From NCBI RefSeq assembly GCF_001447785.1, contig NW_015168742.1:136471-200470 (forward strand): 64,000 bases of DNA, in the 5' to 3' direction. The number at the start of each line of letters is the position of its first letter. Position 1 is the stretch's first letter. Positions 49,300 through 61,510 of this stretch are shown piece by piece. The translations under genes were made by a program, and so were the position numbers. This stretch comes from Gekko japonicus. Taxonomy: Eukaryota. The notes under the pieces were generated by a model. That model saw nothing but the letters and a program-made list of their open reading frames with translations, ran no database searches and was not told where the DNA came from.

Positions 49300-51094
49300 T
49301 TCAAGTGAAAACGCGGGGGAAATTCTGCGCACACTGCACCAAAATCCTGTGACCAGACCTGGTTGATTCCGTTCAGAGAGAGTTCCAAGGCCTTGAACCA
49401 AGAGAGTCCTAGCAGGCTGGAGAGAGGCCTATCCACCATCAATAGGTCTAAGGGGCCGTTAAATTCTTAGAACTGCACCCGGAACTTGCCACAGCCCAGT
49501 ACCACCATGGGGTTCTTATTGAAGTCCCTTAACCGGAAACCCCGCAGCTTCTGAAGGGGGGCCCTCCTGGGGACACAGCATGCGGAGCGTATCCGCGGAG
49601 ATAATGGAATAGGTTGACCCTGTGTCGATCTCCATGCTGCAGGGGGCTCCCTCTATAAGGACCGTGACATGCATCTTGTTGGGGCCATCGGGGGGCAAGT
49701 TACAGACCTGGTGTTGCGGGTGATGGGCCGATAGGGTGTGGAGGTCGATGGGCGGCTCCGGCGTGGTCTGGTGGGCGGACAACTTCTGGCGTTTGCCTTT
49801 GGAGCGGCAAACCCAGGAGATGTGCCCCGATTTGTTGCATGTCCGGCAGACAGTGTTTCGGAAGCGGCACGACCGACGCTCGTGGCCCTCCCCGCAGCTG
49901 GTGTATGGAGCTGAGGCAGTCACAGGCTCTTTGCCCGCATTGGCGGATGGCTGAGACAACCGATGGCGGACCTGGTGCACCTTGTCCGAGGCATCAGAGC
50001 CGGCCATCGCTTGTGTGCAGTGGACTGCCTTGGCGCGACAGTCATGCTGGGCCTTTTCATAAGCGGTGGCCTCCCGGATTGCCTTTTCTAGGTCCAGGTT
50101 GTCCTGGCTTACCAGCTTTCTCTGACGCTTAGGCTCCCTTAGTCCCACGAGGAACTGGTTGAGGAGAGTTTCAGCTAGGTTGGAGAAGGAACACCTGGTC
50201 GCGCCCCGCCGCAGAGCTGCCAGGAAGTCTGAGGCGGTCTCGTCAGGGCCCTGGACCTTCGCGAAAAAGTCCAGCCGCTCCACAAACTTAGTCGGTTTGG
50301 GAGCCAGGTGGTCGGTCAGCGCCTTGACCAAAGAGTTGTACGTCTCGTCTTTGGTCAGTTTGGGCGCTATTAAGTCCTTAAGCAGGAGATTGGTCTTCAT
50401 CCCGCAGTGGCGCAGAAGGTATGGGTTTTTTATACCTGAATCCACTATGTTGTGGATGGTGAAGTGGCTCTCGAGAGTTTCCAGCCAGGTTTCCCACTGC
50501 GAGGGTTGGGAGATATCGAAAGCTGGGAGGCTCTCTGATGCAGCAGCCATCTTATGGGTTCCACATGGAAGCGAGCGGCGGGAACTAGCGGCATAGAGAA
50601 GGAGCAGTGCGGTGCTGCTCTCGGGGTCAGCGGTGCGATGCTAGGAGCGGGGAGCGGTGCAATGAGCGGCGCTTCTCAAAGAACGCTCGATGCCAGTGGT
50701 GGTGGCAATTTTGGCGCGGCGGCTCACGGCGATGCCCGGAACGTGGTCTCTGTTCAGGGGGAGATGAATCCCACCTTCGTCGCCAGTGAAAAGTACGCAG
50801 ATGTAGAGTGATTTCAGCAAAGCATACTTTATTCGATCAGGAACAAGACGACCTTAGCCGGCTCGCAGGCCAGCTTATATTCCCTGTGAAAGCACCACCC
50901 ATAACACACCCCTACTTCCCAATAGGTTATTTACAGTGGCCGAGAGTTCCATAGGCTCTTGGCCAGGAACCTAGTCCCTGATTGGTGTGGGCTAGGATCC
51001 GCATAGTCCATTGTCTTTTCGAGCGAAGCTCGACGTTGGTGCTTGACCGCGTGGAGCCCAAGCCGGCCACGTGGTCTGAGCTGTGTATATTACA
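49300..51094 (-). mobile_element. Gypsy LTR retrotransposon, 5' part (LTR, PBS, gag, protease), 3'-truncated
   Basis: LTR 50787-51094 (TG...CA on the minus strand, with AATAAA); PBS tggcgacgaagg; CpG-rich; no RT, integrase or second LTR. Confidence 0.92.
49516..50550 (-). CDS. Gypsy Gag and start of aspartic protease (TE ORF, frameshifted near the end)
   Basis: 344-aa ORF: WETWLE...F, QGPDETASDFLAALR, CRTCNKSGHISWVC knuckle, IDTGS protease site. Confidence 0.88.
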   Translation of the reverse strand: MAAASESLPAFDISQPSQWETWLETLESHFTIHNIVDSGIKNPYLLRHCGMKTNLLLKDLIAPKLTKDETYNSLVKALTDHLAPKPTKFVERLDFFAKVQGPDETASDFLAALRRGATRCSFSNLAETLLNQFLVGLREPKRQRKLVSQDNLDLEKAIREATAYEKAQHDCRAKAVHCTQAMAGSDASDKVHQVRHRLSQPSANAGKEPVTASAPYTSCGEGHERRSCRFRNTVCRTCNKSGHISWVCRSKGKRQKLSAHQTTPEPPIDLHTLSAHHPQHQVCNLPPDGPNKMHVTVLIEGAPCSMEIDTGSTYSIISADTLRMLCPQEGPPSEAAGFPVKGLQ

Positions 51095-51862
51095 ATTACC
51101 TAGGAAAAACCCGGGTTCAGGAGTATTCTTTACTCTTAAAAATGTTCTTAATAATTGCAGCTGCCTCAAAATTGTTTCCAGTTGTTTTGAATTAAGACTT
51201 CATCTCTCTTTCTTTCTGCTGTTATAGTTTGTTGACTTACTGATATAGTTTTTAAATGCAAAATACATTTGTGTCATATCCTTCTTTCAATAAAAAACCC
51301 TTAATTTGATTAATTTGCATTATCCTGATGCATGTGACATCATTTATCAGTAAGTCTCCATCTTGTATAGTTTTTCAGTTTGATTCCTCTCCCTTCTTTG
51401 TTCAAACAAGAAAGAACAATCGAGTGTCACAAAAAGCTGCAAAGTGCCGTCGAAAGTGAATGTTTGGCATTTTGGCAAGGAGAGAGTTTACTTGTCTCTC
51501 TTCCTCTGTTAGCCACCACTTGTCAAATGTCATTCTTCACTTCCAATTCACTGGGTTGCATTTTTTTTTTTAAACACAACTCCTACCACCACCACCTTTT
51601 CATTTTATTTATTTAATAGAAATGGAAGTGTTAAGTTCAAATAGCAAGCAGTCATTGCTGACATTTATCCTTGAGAGTTACAGATATATGTTGCAGATAT
51701 ATGCTGAAGATGAAAACAAAATGCAGATTGTCCTTAAAAGCATATTTATTCATGCTCACAAAATGATGAAACAATTAAATAACTGTCCGACTTTGTGGTT
51801 TTTCTATTTTTAGTGATTCGTATTCATTTTCATTGAAGTAATAAAGGTAGTTGAATGTTCCC

Positions 51863-52169
51863 TATTGTGTTTCTTTTAGTAATAATTTTTACATTGATAT
51901 ATATACGTGTGTGTATCATTCTGCTATTCTAGTACGTATGGCAGTGTACAGCACTCTGGTTGACAAGAGGGGGGGAAACTTTTCTTCTGATTTCCCCCTT
52001 ACACTGCAGATCCCGTATTGTGTTTCTTTTAATAATAATTTTTACCTTGATATATATATGCGTGTGTATCATTCTGCTATTCTAGTACCTATGGCAGTGT
52101 AACAGCACTCTGGTTGACAAGAGGGGGGGGGGACTTTTATTCTGATTTCCCCCTTACACTGCAGATCCC
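51863..52169 (+). repeat. Tandem duplication, about 153-bp unit, two copies
   Basis: tattgtgtttctttta...acactgcagatccc at 51863 and 52016. Confidence 0.95.
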
Positions 52170-54640
52170 TACTTTGCCCCCTACAATGTTCCTGATGGTC
52201 CTTTCACCCTTAAGAGCAGACGCGGGGTGGGGGCTTGGTGGGCTGGTGGGGGAAATCAGTAAAGTCTCATTCTGTGATTTATTCTGCTCTTAGGTATTTG
52301 TATCCAGCCACAGTAGTATCCATGTACAGTTTGTACTGTATTTATACAAACATGCTGATTTAATGAGGCTCAAATAACATTTGACTACATTTCAAAGAAG
52401 TCAGTTCAAGGAAACTATAAGTGCTATGAAAGTAAGAATAATAGATTTTATTCACACACAAAAAGAACAAAAACAAAATGGGGATATTTGAGTTGAAACA
52501 GCAGGGATGAGAAATTCACCATCGTTCCTAGTAATAACATGAATGCCACTTTTAGATACTGTAAGGCAGAAATACTACTAGCATTCTGCCCAAATGACAT
52601 GAAGTTCAGAGGAATGGTGTAGTATAGATAGGAATCACACCGAGCCAATATAGTACTAACATGATAACAGTGAATATTTTGTGTATTGAAAAGAAGCATC
52701 TATCTCCGGGTGTCGATGTGAAGTTTTTCAGCAAGGTGCCTTAGAAGAGATAGCAAAGTAAAAAATGAAAAACTTTCTGTGATGTTCACATCTGTCTGAG
52801 AAACTGAAAGAGGTAGCTTCATGCAGTTAGGACTGGGTCTTCAATGTTGAAGAATTTATGTACTCATACAATCAGTGTTTCTATAGCTGAAGAAGGAATA
52901 AATTATTATTCCCCAAAACGAAAATAATGTGAGTTGTTTATTTACCTGCTAAAATAAAGCCAGCCTGGAAAAATGTAGCTTCAGATAGAGAAAACTGTAC
53001 AATCTATGAATTATTCATAGATCTTAATTTATCACAATCTTAAATTTGTCTTCAGGGATTACAACGTAACATTTCATAAAATTCAGAGGGAAGGATACTG
53101 TTTGAAACAATTTACAAACAGACAAAATAACTTTGTTTCCAGTTTCAGTAATTTCTGACCAATGGTAGCTATATTCCTCATTTTCCTCAGCCATCATCTA
53201 TTTTTAGCTGATGGCTACACATTTCTGGGAAGTGCCAAACATGTACATATGATTTGTATGCTTCTGTGGTAATGTGCAATGGGGTAATTTATGTATCTTT
53301 CCTGTAGGGAGATAAACATGCCACCTTGTTTATTCTTCTTAGACAGTTGCCATATCTGGGATAGTACTTTCTTTTGGCTACAAGCAAGGTCAGGTGGCTA
53401 GTACACCAAGGGGAGAAGTTGCCCAAGTTCCCAGACCAGCCAAGTAGCAGGATTTCATTGGAACTCATAGTTCAGTACTCTAAAGCTTATAAAATCAAAG
53501 CTATTTTTAGTTCCATGTGCTTGAGGAAGAGATATTCTTCACAGAAAAGAGATGAAGTAGAATGGTTTGGATACCACCACCCTTTTCACCCTCACAGCGG
53601 GAACAGAGACATTTCTAAGGCACAAATGAAATGTTGAGATGCCATTCTTCCTCCCTTTCCCTTCTGTGGAGAGAAAGAAGCCAGCTGCTATTCACACTTC
53701 TCCACAAAACACTAGAAGAGTTGTGTTCCTGAAGCATATCTCATAAACATCAAAGTGACTTTCTTTGTCCCCAACTCTGTGGTGAGGAAGAAGCCGGGCT
53801 CATTTCAAAGTAGCAAAGAAGCTTCCTTTCCCACACAGAAAAAAAAGCTGATTGACAGGAAGCTGTGGCACTGCTTCTGTGTCATTTTAGCAGTCACAAA
53901 GTGATACCCAGCAGCTACTAGAGTGCATAGATGCTGCTTTCATGATAGCCAGAATGCAGAGCCTCAGTTCTGAAGAAGTTGTAAGAAATTAGGAGGAGCA
54001 GAAGCAAAAGAAGAAGAAGAAGAAGAGTTCCATCATGTGTCATCCTTCCCACCTTTTTAACTTCAGTGCTATTACCAGCATTGCGGTTGCTCTTATCTGC
54101 TTTTCGCTCCTTATAACCTCACAGTGTCAAGGTGCAGACACAATGGAAAAGAAAGATAGGTCTCAGTCTCTCCTCCTCTGAGCAGACAGCAGACTTCCTC
54201 TTATGAAATACAGGCTCAGTGTGTGGCAAGAGCCCAAAGAACTGTATGGAGTTCTAACCTTTTATGTATAAATGCAGTGGAGAAATCTCTCAGTCTCCCT
54301 TAATTGCCTAACCTTCCCACTATGATTGGCAGCACTGAAGTCCAGGTGTTAAGGGACATGTTGGAATCATATTAAACCATCTAAGCATTGTGATGTAAAC
54401 CATGCACATGCAAAGCTTCATGACACTACTCAAGGATTTTGCTTTTCTCCTTACAGGTGTTTTTACTGGATTTGTTTGTTTACTTCATTTATAGTGCCCC
54501 TTTCTCATTGAGATTGAAGAAGAATTACAAAATGAAAAGACAATGCAATAAAAGCCACATAGTACATACAAAAACAATGCAAAATAAAAGAAAACCTGGA
54601 TTACAAAATAGAAAACAGTGGAATACCAGCAACATACTGT

Positions 54641-55155
54641 GGCCCCAGTCACATGGGCCGGATATCGCGCGGGGGGGGAGGCATGGCTGTTTGCCCCGGG
54701 GCAAAATAACGCGCGGTTGCACGAGCAGACATCCCGTGGAGGTCCCGTGGGTAGGGGGGAGGTGCCAATCACAGGACAATCCTGTAGCATGGCAAAGAAG
54801 TGGCGCGGTGCAGCAAACGGGTTTGGGTTTTTTTCTGTACACCAAAGTATGTGCATGCTCCGTTGGGTGCTTGTGCGCATCCGTGGAGACTTGGGGGGAA
54901 AAACACCTTTTTGCAAGGGGACATGGGCGGGCACTGGATGCCACTGGAAACGCGATCAGACGCCCGCCCTTGCCCCGCGGTTACCGGAAACTAGTACCTC
55001 GGAGGTACTAGTTTTCTACCCCGCATCTTTGGCGAGAAACCTCGGGTGAGCCACGGGAGCTCTACGCTTCCCAGATGTGACGGTGAGATTGCGCCCAGAA
55101 AATCCGCCTATCTTCTGTCTCTCTAGCGTGGCTAATGTTCCGTGTGACCGCAGCC
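54641..55155. mobile_element. Harbinger/PIF-like MITE
   Basis: Imperfect TIR ggccccagtcacatgg / ccgtgtgaccgcagcc; CpG-rich; related to 42218 and 63758. Confidence 0.7.
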
Positions 55156-55442
55156 TATATACAACAAACAAAGAAGAATACAATAAGACACCTTTAAAAG
55201 TTTAGTCATTAAAGTTAGAATCACGTGTACTTTATAAAAATGCCCTCCTGAACAATATAGGGGGTTCCTGTGGCAACTTCCCAAACAAACTTTCCTGCTT
55301 TCCTAAATATTAACTATTCTGTTCACAGGTAGAGCACGTATCAGGAGCTAATGGAAATCCTAATGACAAAGAGCTATTCCTGTCAATTGTTTTCTAGAAT
55401 TATCATTAGAAGATGATACAGTTCCACATCTGGAAGTGTTTC

Positions 55443-55900
55443 TGTGATGGATTGCACGTGAAAAGCAGGTTTTAAAATGCTGTTAGTTCAGAGAGCCTGG
55501 GAGGTAAGGAGTTAATCTTCCCTGAAGTGGAGAGCTTATTTGATTGGCTGCCCTACACACTCTGATTTGCCAGGATCAGCTGAGAGAAAGTATATGATCA
55601 GCTGTGTACTGGAGTCAGCAAGGCAGTGAGTTGCTTCTGACAGAGAAAGAGATGGCTTGGGTCAGTGGTTCCGACAGGATTAGTCAGACAGGTTCTTTTT
55701 CTGAGAGAAGAGAAGAGAAGAGACTCCTTTACTCTACACGGAAGAACTGCTCTGAGGGAGAATTGTGATTCAAGGCTAGAGTGCTAAAAAACTGCTTTAC
55801 ACAGACATCAGTACTGGAAGAGAGATTTGGCAAGGGTGACTGGGGTTGTTAGGCTGTAACACCCAATCCAGCCAAACAGAAAGGAGTTATTGCCAGGGGT
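55443..55900 (+). mobile_element. Unclassified LTR-like repeat, copy 2
   Basis: Collinear with 11178-11720. Confidence 0.45.
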
Positions 55901-57959
55901 AATTTCGTAGAAAAAGAGATGCAGGAGCCTATTAGCATAACTTATTAGCATGACTCATTTGCATATGCCACACCCCCTGACATCACCAGAAGTGTGTCAG
56001 AAGGCAACACCCACCGCTCAGGCTCCACCTCAAAAATCTCCAGGTATTTCCCAAATCAGAGCTGGCGAGCCAGATTTACACTTTGACTAATGACACTTTA
56101 GGTTTTCTTTGCTCTTGCAGGGATGCTACCCGACAACAAGCATGAAAATACAGATCAAGTTAGTATGCTTTTGCTTTACCTGCAATAAATCAGGAAAACA
56201 ATCAAAATATTATTTTGGCAACAACATGCCTGGGAGAGATATTAATTAAAAGGGTAATGTTTATAGCAGTCTTGAGGAGCATGTGTTCTACTGCACCTTC
56301 ACACACATTAAGATCAGACAAGGTATAATGCCAAACAGTCATCACACCAGCAGCCATGTACACAATGCTGCCCATGTTTGCCATCTACCATAAACACATC
56401 AAGGCAGGGTGTAGTAAGGATAGTCCTACAGTAAAGTCAAGTGAGACATGATCTGCCTTAGTTGGGTGTCATTAAAGATGGGGTAGGGAAACCAACAGAT
56501 TTGTTCCAGGGGGCCCAACGCACTGGGAAATTCTCTTACTCAGAACCCAAACAAAGCAAGTGGGAGACATGCACGATGCTGTAGCTGCCTTGCAACCCCA
56601 CAAGACATCTATACAATCCAGGGCAGCTAGGCATCCAAGCTCAAACACACACACTCACAAACACACTCACAAAAACCATCCCACATTTTATTTGCAACTC
56701 TTCTTGAGCTGTAATGTATTTCAATGGCACCCATGCAAGTCAATTGGCATGCCTGGCTCCCATTATTTTCAATGGGCTTTCAAGTCTCTCCCATTGTTTC
56801 CAATGGACAGTCCTGTCCTTCCTTTTAGTACACCCCTTGCCTTGACCTCTGTCTCACCAGAGCTGTGCAAGAGAGGAGTGCCCAGCTTCCTGGCATGACC
56901 ATTAAGAAAGCAAAAAGCAAAAGCAAATATATATATATATATATTTCCTTTCTTTTCTTTTCCTTTTTTTAAAAAAATAAGGTTTTGAAGAAACTAAGAG
57001 TGGGAAAGCAGGAGAAATCCAAAGAGGATGCCAGAGAGAAGGGGTGGGGAGAGGCTTGTTGAAGTCAAACTTTGGAAAAGGGGGGAATGGAAGCCACATT
57101 TTCACCCCAACTTTTTGAGCAGTGTCCATAGTAAGAAGCCTGATTAGAAAAAGGTATATTATTTTTAATTCATAGGGGTTTTTTAGTCCTCTCTCTCTGT
57201 GTCCATACATGCACACACACACACTCCACCTTTCTTTCTGCTTTAGAGTTTGAAGCTAAAGGAAAAGGGGGCAGCCACAGGACAGGGGGAACTCACTCTG
57301 TTCCCCATGGATTTCCACATTTGCAATACAAGAGAGCTCACCAGAAGAAGCCAGCTGGCCAACCTCCCCAAAGCAGATCTACCTGCAATACTGCCGTCTC
57401 CTTTTGCCCCTTGGCTCCTCTATCATTTTCTTTGCAGAAATAGTGGGCAAAGTTTGGAGGTCTGGGAAGGGGCTTTTCTGCCCGCATTTTTCCCTGTTCC
57501 TTCCAAAGCAGACAAAGGGCAAACAGCCATCCGTTGAAGCAACTCAAGTCTTCGCGCTCTTGGCACGCAGTTTGCCCCACCCTGTTCAGCCCCTGTCCAA
57601 TCACCACTTAAAGGCACCATACTCTCTTTGCTCCTATTGGGCTCACTCGTATTGGGCTCATGTACCCCTGGGCAGATGTACCTTTCTTAACAGTGGAATG
57701 CTAAGAATAATTAACTGATACGAAGCTATCACACACCATCTGTCTCCTCTCAATCATGGATGCAACAGTACAGCATCCTTTTCTTTGAGGTGGTACGAAT
57801 AGCTGTGCAGTATATCTCCTCTGTCCCCAAACCAGAGAAATGCATTCTAATCTACCATTCCAAGTAACATTACTTTCTACTGTTCATTACATTACAATCT
57901 ACTATTCCAGTTCACTATTTCAAATAAGAAATAAAATAAAGAGGATGTATAGCCCTTCT

Positions 57960-58530
57960 AGGTGATTGGTGAGAATACAGATGTAAGGACTGAATGACAT
58001 TAGTATATGTAGTGAGATAAGAAACTGCTATCTCTGTTGTCCTGGGGGGTCCATTGTTCTGATTGTTGTAATAACGTGTAACTCAGCAGTTTCCCTTTCC
58101 AGTCTGTTCCTGAAGTTCCTTTGGACTAAAACAACTACTGAGGTCACCCATTGAATGTCCTGGAAAGTTGAAGTGTTCTCCTACAGATTTCTTAGTCTTG
58201 TGATTCTTGTTGTCAGATTTCTGTCCATTTATCCTTTGGCACAGGGTTTGACCTGTTTGCCTTATGTAGAGAACTTGAAGTGCATTGTTGCCATTTAATG
58301 GCATATACAGTGTTAGAAGGTGAGCAAGTGAATGAGCCTGAGATGATGTAGTTGATGTGGTTAGGTCCAGTGATCACGTAGTCTGGGTGTATGTGGCAGC
58401 GAAGTTGGCATCTGGGTTTATTGCACGCTCTGGTACTAGTGTGATTATGGCATGTGGCATTGCTGCAGGTGCAACCATAAGGGCAACACCACAAGACCAT
58501 AGGCCCCCTCTGGTAGCGACTGAAGGGTAG
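57960..58530 (-). mobile_element. Penelope element GIY-YIG endonuclease region, degraded
   Basis: CNKPRCQL...GSFTCSPSNTVYAIK...LYIRQTGQTLCQRINGQKSD...VGEHFN.PGHS. Confidence 0.9.
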
Positions 58531-58699
58531 ACCTTGATTTGTGAAAGTAACTGATTGTTTGCTCCCATTGGAAACTTTTAGATTGCTGTTGTTGAAGATT
58601 TAATTGTTTCCCCTCACTTGCCCCCCAGGAGGCTATGGGATGTTGCAATTCGCTGTCGAAATTCCTTGCCACCTTGGAATAGCCTATTTTATTTGTTGA

Positions 58700-58833
58700 C
58701 ACTGTACTGTATTTTATTACTGGGTTTAATTTAACTCAGATTATTTATCGTCTGATTCTGTTGTAAACTACATTGAGCCCTGCTCGCAGGGAAGGGCGGC
58801 TTATAAGTCCAAATAAATAAAAAAATAAATAAA
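58700..58833 (+). mobile_element. L2 3' tail
   Basis: tgtaaactacattgagccctgctcgcagggaagggcgg...aaataaataaa. Confidence 0.7.
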
Positions 58834-59739
58834 TGTCTTTTTGGTGGTATAAGAATGATGAAAAATTATTATTAATTAAAATTATTTTAAAGGTAATCTT
58901 TGAGCTAATTTTGAATTTAGGAAGTAAATTGATGATATATACCTTACTGAAAAATAAATTCATAGAGCCATTTGGGTAATTAGCCATTGAATATATGATG
59001 AATGTAGTAATAAGTTAGTTGAGTCTTTAGTGGACTATTCTAATACATTAAGTATTGTGAATAATTATTAAAATACCTAAGTAATTAATAGTTTATTCTG
59101 GATAATTGTTGTTCTAACTTGTTAAGAACTACAAGGATAAAGGAATAATTACTGCTTGCTTTTGTAGATATGGGTCCTAAAGATGGTAGTAAAAATTCTA
59201 ATGTTGAGTTTAAAGAAGGTGATGAAATCACTGATTTGACAGCTATGTTTGATTCCATTAAGGAATTATAGATTAAGGAAATGAAACAGACTGAGGACAG
59301 AACTGTGATAAGTAGTTACGAGAAGGCAAAGCACTTAGAATCTAAGTGCACCTCATTTTGAGGTGAGAAATCAGAAGCTAGACTATCAGAATCAGTTAAA
59401 GTGGATGCTGTGGATAGAAAGTTTGAGAAATACAAAGGGTTTAATTACTTAGAGGAAAACTCTTGAGAATTTGGATCCCTGTTTATCACTACAGAAAACT
59501 GAAGTTATTTTATTTTATTGCACCTATACTTTAGCTAGGTAGAAGCAAAACATTGTTTTAATGTTTATTAAATATGTGAATGGATATTTTAAAACTACAC
59601 TGTCTTATTCTAAGTGGCTTATTTCTTACAATCAGTTCTGAGAATTCTTCGGTTAGCTCTTGGTGTATGTGTGCCCGCTGAACTAGCATTCTTGATTCCA
59701 GTGCTGGCTCCCAATTAGCCTGTAAACCAGAAAGGCTGT

Positions 59740-59915
59740 ACCTTTAAGACCAACAAAGTTTTATTCTGGGTGTAAGCTTTTGTGTGCATGCACACTTCTT
59801 CAGATACATTCAATGTGTCTTGAATGCATCGGAACGTATCTGAAGAAGTGTACATTTATATGAAAGCTTATACCCAGAATAAAACTTTGTGGGTCTTAAA
59901 GGTACCACTGGACTC
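59740..59915. mobile_element. Penelope-derived palindrome with paired hammerhead motifs
   Basis: acctttaagaccaacaaagttttattctgggtgtaagcttt mirrored by aaagcttatacccagaataaaactttgtgggtcttaaaggt; gtat-CTGAAGA...GAAA-gctt-atac at about 59837-59873. Confidence 0.85.
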
Positions 59916-60384
59916 ATTACCTGTACAACACAAGAAATTGTTATTGTAACTTTGTATTTTTGTATATTTATACTTATGCTTATAAGGTTTTGAATATATA
60001 AATGCACACCTTGCAGTATTTTCTATTTAATTCTGGGTACAGGGTTGTCAGGCCTGCCAAGAGACAATGCTCGAACCTCCGAGGGCTTCCGTTCACCAAT
60101 GGGATTCCAGCCACACCCCGTGGGCATGGGTGCATTTGGACTTTGCTGGCCCATTCCAGGGGCAGTTGTTCTTCCTCCTGGTGGACTCCTACACCAAGTG
60201 TCTGGAAGTCATGCGAATTGCCTCGACCTCATCCCATGCAGTCATCTGAGTTCTGAGACAGATTTTTAGTACACATGGTCTACCGAACATGGTTGTGACT
60301 GATAACAACATCACCTTCACCTCGGGAGAGTTCAAAGAGTTCTTAGACCAGAACCTCATCAGGCACATGTGGCTTGCTCCATTC

Positions 60385-60638
60385 CACCCAGCTACCAATG
60401 GACAAGCCGAGTAGATGGTGAGGACGACCAAGGACACGCTAAAGCAGCTAACCCACAGGGACTGGAATTGATGGCTGGCGGTCTTCTTGTTCAGCCATTG
60501 AGTGACTCCAACACCCAGCTACCAATGGACAAGCCGAGTAGATGGTGAGGACGACCAAGGACACGCTAAAGCAGCTAACCCACAGGGACTGGAATTGATG
60601 GCTGGCGGTCTTCTTGTTCAGCCATTGAGTGACTCCAA
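60385..60638 (+). repeat. Tandem duplication, 127-bp unit, two copies, inside the integrase
   Basis: cacccagctaccaatggacaagcc...gtgactccaa at 60385 and 60512; identical by eye. Confidence 0.97.
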
Positions 60639-60832
60639 GTGTGTCCACTGGCCACAGCCCCGCAGAACTCTTCATAGGCCATCGCCTCATGACACAGCTG
60701 GACCGCCTGCACCCAGACCAAGCCCCAGAGTTGCACCACACTCCAGTGAGCCAGGAGGCCCCCAGAGAGTTCTTTCTTGAGGGCCCTGTCTTCACCCTGA
60801 ACTATTCCAGTGGCCCCACATGGATCCCGGCT

Positions 60833-61112
60833 AGTTTGGGGTAGTGGTTAAGTGTGCGGACTCTAATCTGGGAGAACCGGGTTTGATTCCCCACTCCTCC
60901 ACTTGCACCTGCTGGATGACCTTGGGCAAGCCGTAGCTCTGATAACAGCTGTTCTTGAAAAAGAGCAGTTTCTGTCAGAGCTCTCTCTGCCCCACCTACC
61001 TCACAGGGTGTCTGTTGTGGGGAGAGGAAGGGAAAGGAGTTTGCAAGCTGCTCTGAGACAGCTTCGGGTAGTGAAGTGCGGGGTATAAATCCAATCTCTT
61101 CTTCTTCTTCTT
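60833..61112 (+). mobile_element. Full-length Squam3-like SINE inserted in the Gypsy element
   Basis: agtttggggtagtggttaag (A box), ggtttgattccc (B box), L2-type tail, (ctt)n. Confidence 0.9.
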
Positions 61113-61474
61113 ACCTGAGTCACCAGACCCCTATTGTATGAGGTATCGATGGATGGGGGCCAGTTACTATGCAGACACGTCAACCAGCTCTGCTGCCACC
61201 TACTGCCCATGGAGCTGGACCTGTCTTCCACCAAGTAGGAGGAGGATGGCCTGGAACCACCACTGCCACTGCGGTGGACCGAGAACAGCCCCCCAGACAA
61301 CAGCATGTAGCCGGATGGCTGGGAAGAGGAAGGTACTGCACAGAGCTGAGGCTCTGGAGTCTTGTCTTGCTCTCACTGAAATCACTAATAAAGTTGTGCT
61401 GATCACTATACTTGTGGCCTGTTCATCCATGGAACCCACTATTTAACACCCCTATTATCAATACTACACTACAG

Positions 61475-61508
61475 ACTACACTTCATCTTAGCCAAAAGGC
61501 CAAGAAGC
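61475..61508 (-). pseudogene. U2 snRNA 5' fragment (about nt 4-37)
   Basis: Reverse complement gcttcttggccttttggctaagatgaagtgtagt versus U2 gcttctcggccttttggctaagatcaagtgtagt: 2 mismatches. Confidence 0.88.
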
Positions 61509-61510
61509 AA

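Larger units (their letters stand above)
60050..61448 (+). mobile_element. Gypsy integrase region and partial 3' LTR, pseudogenised
   Basis: PWAWVHLDFAGPFQG...VDSYTK...HGLP..VVTDN...FHPATNGQAE with in-frame stops; ends ccatggaacccactatttaaca like the solo LTR at 5878-6249. Confidence 0.92.

Noticed and set aside
52440-52739. Possible minus-strand last exon (HLAEKLHIDTRR*) with AATAAA, phase-compatible with 56180-56229
   Set aside because: Peptide not recognised and too short; such matches are expected by chance
54439-55049. Cluster of 139-190 aa ORFs with a CpG-island look
   Set aside because: Explained by a GC-rich Harbinger-like MITE
59170-59470. Acidic coiled-coil-like frame (MGPKDGSKNSNVEFKEGDEITDL...) resembling a LINE ORF1 start
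   Set aside because: Broken by stops with no diagnostic motif; cannot be classified
60833-60900. tRNA gene or 5S rRNA gene calls (also 18200-18250 and 61511-61580)
   Set aside because: These are SINE heads or diverged partial copies, not complete RNA genes
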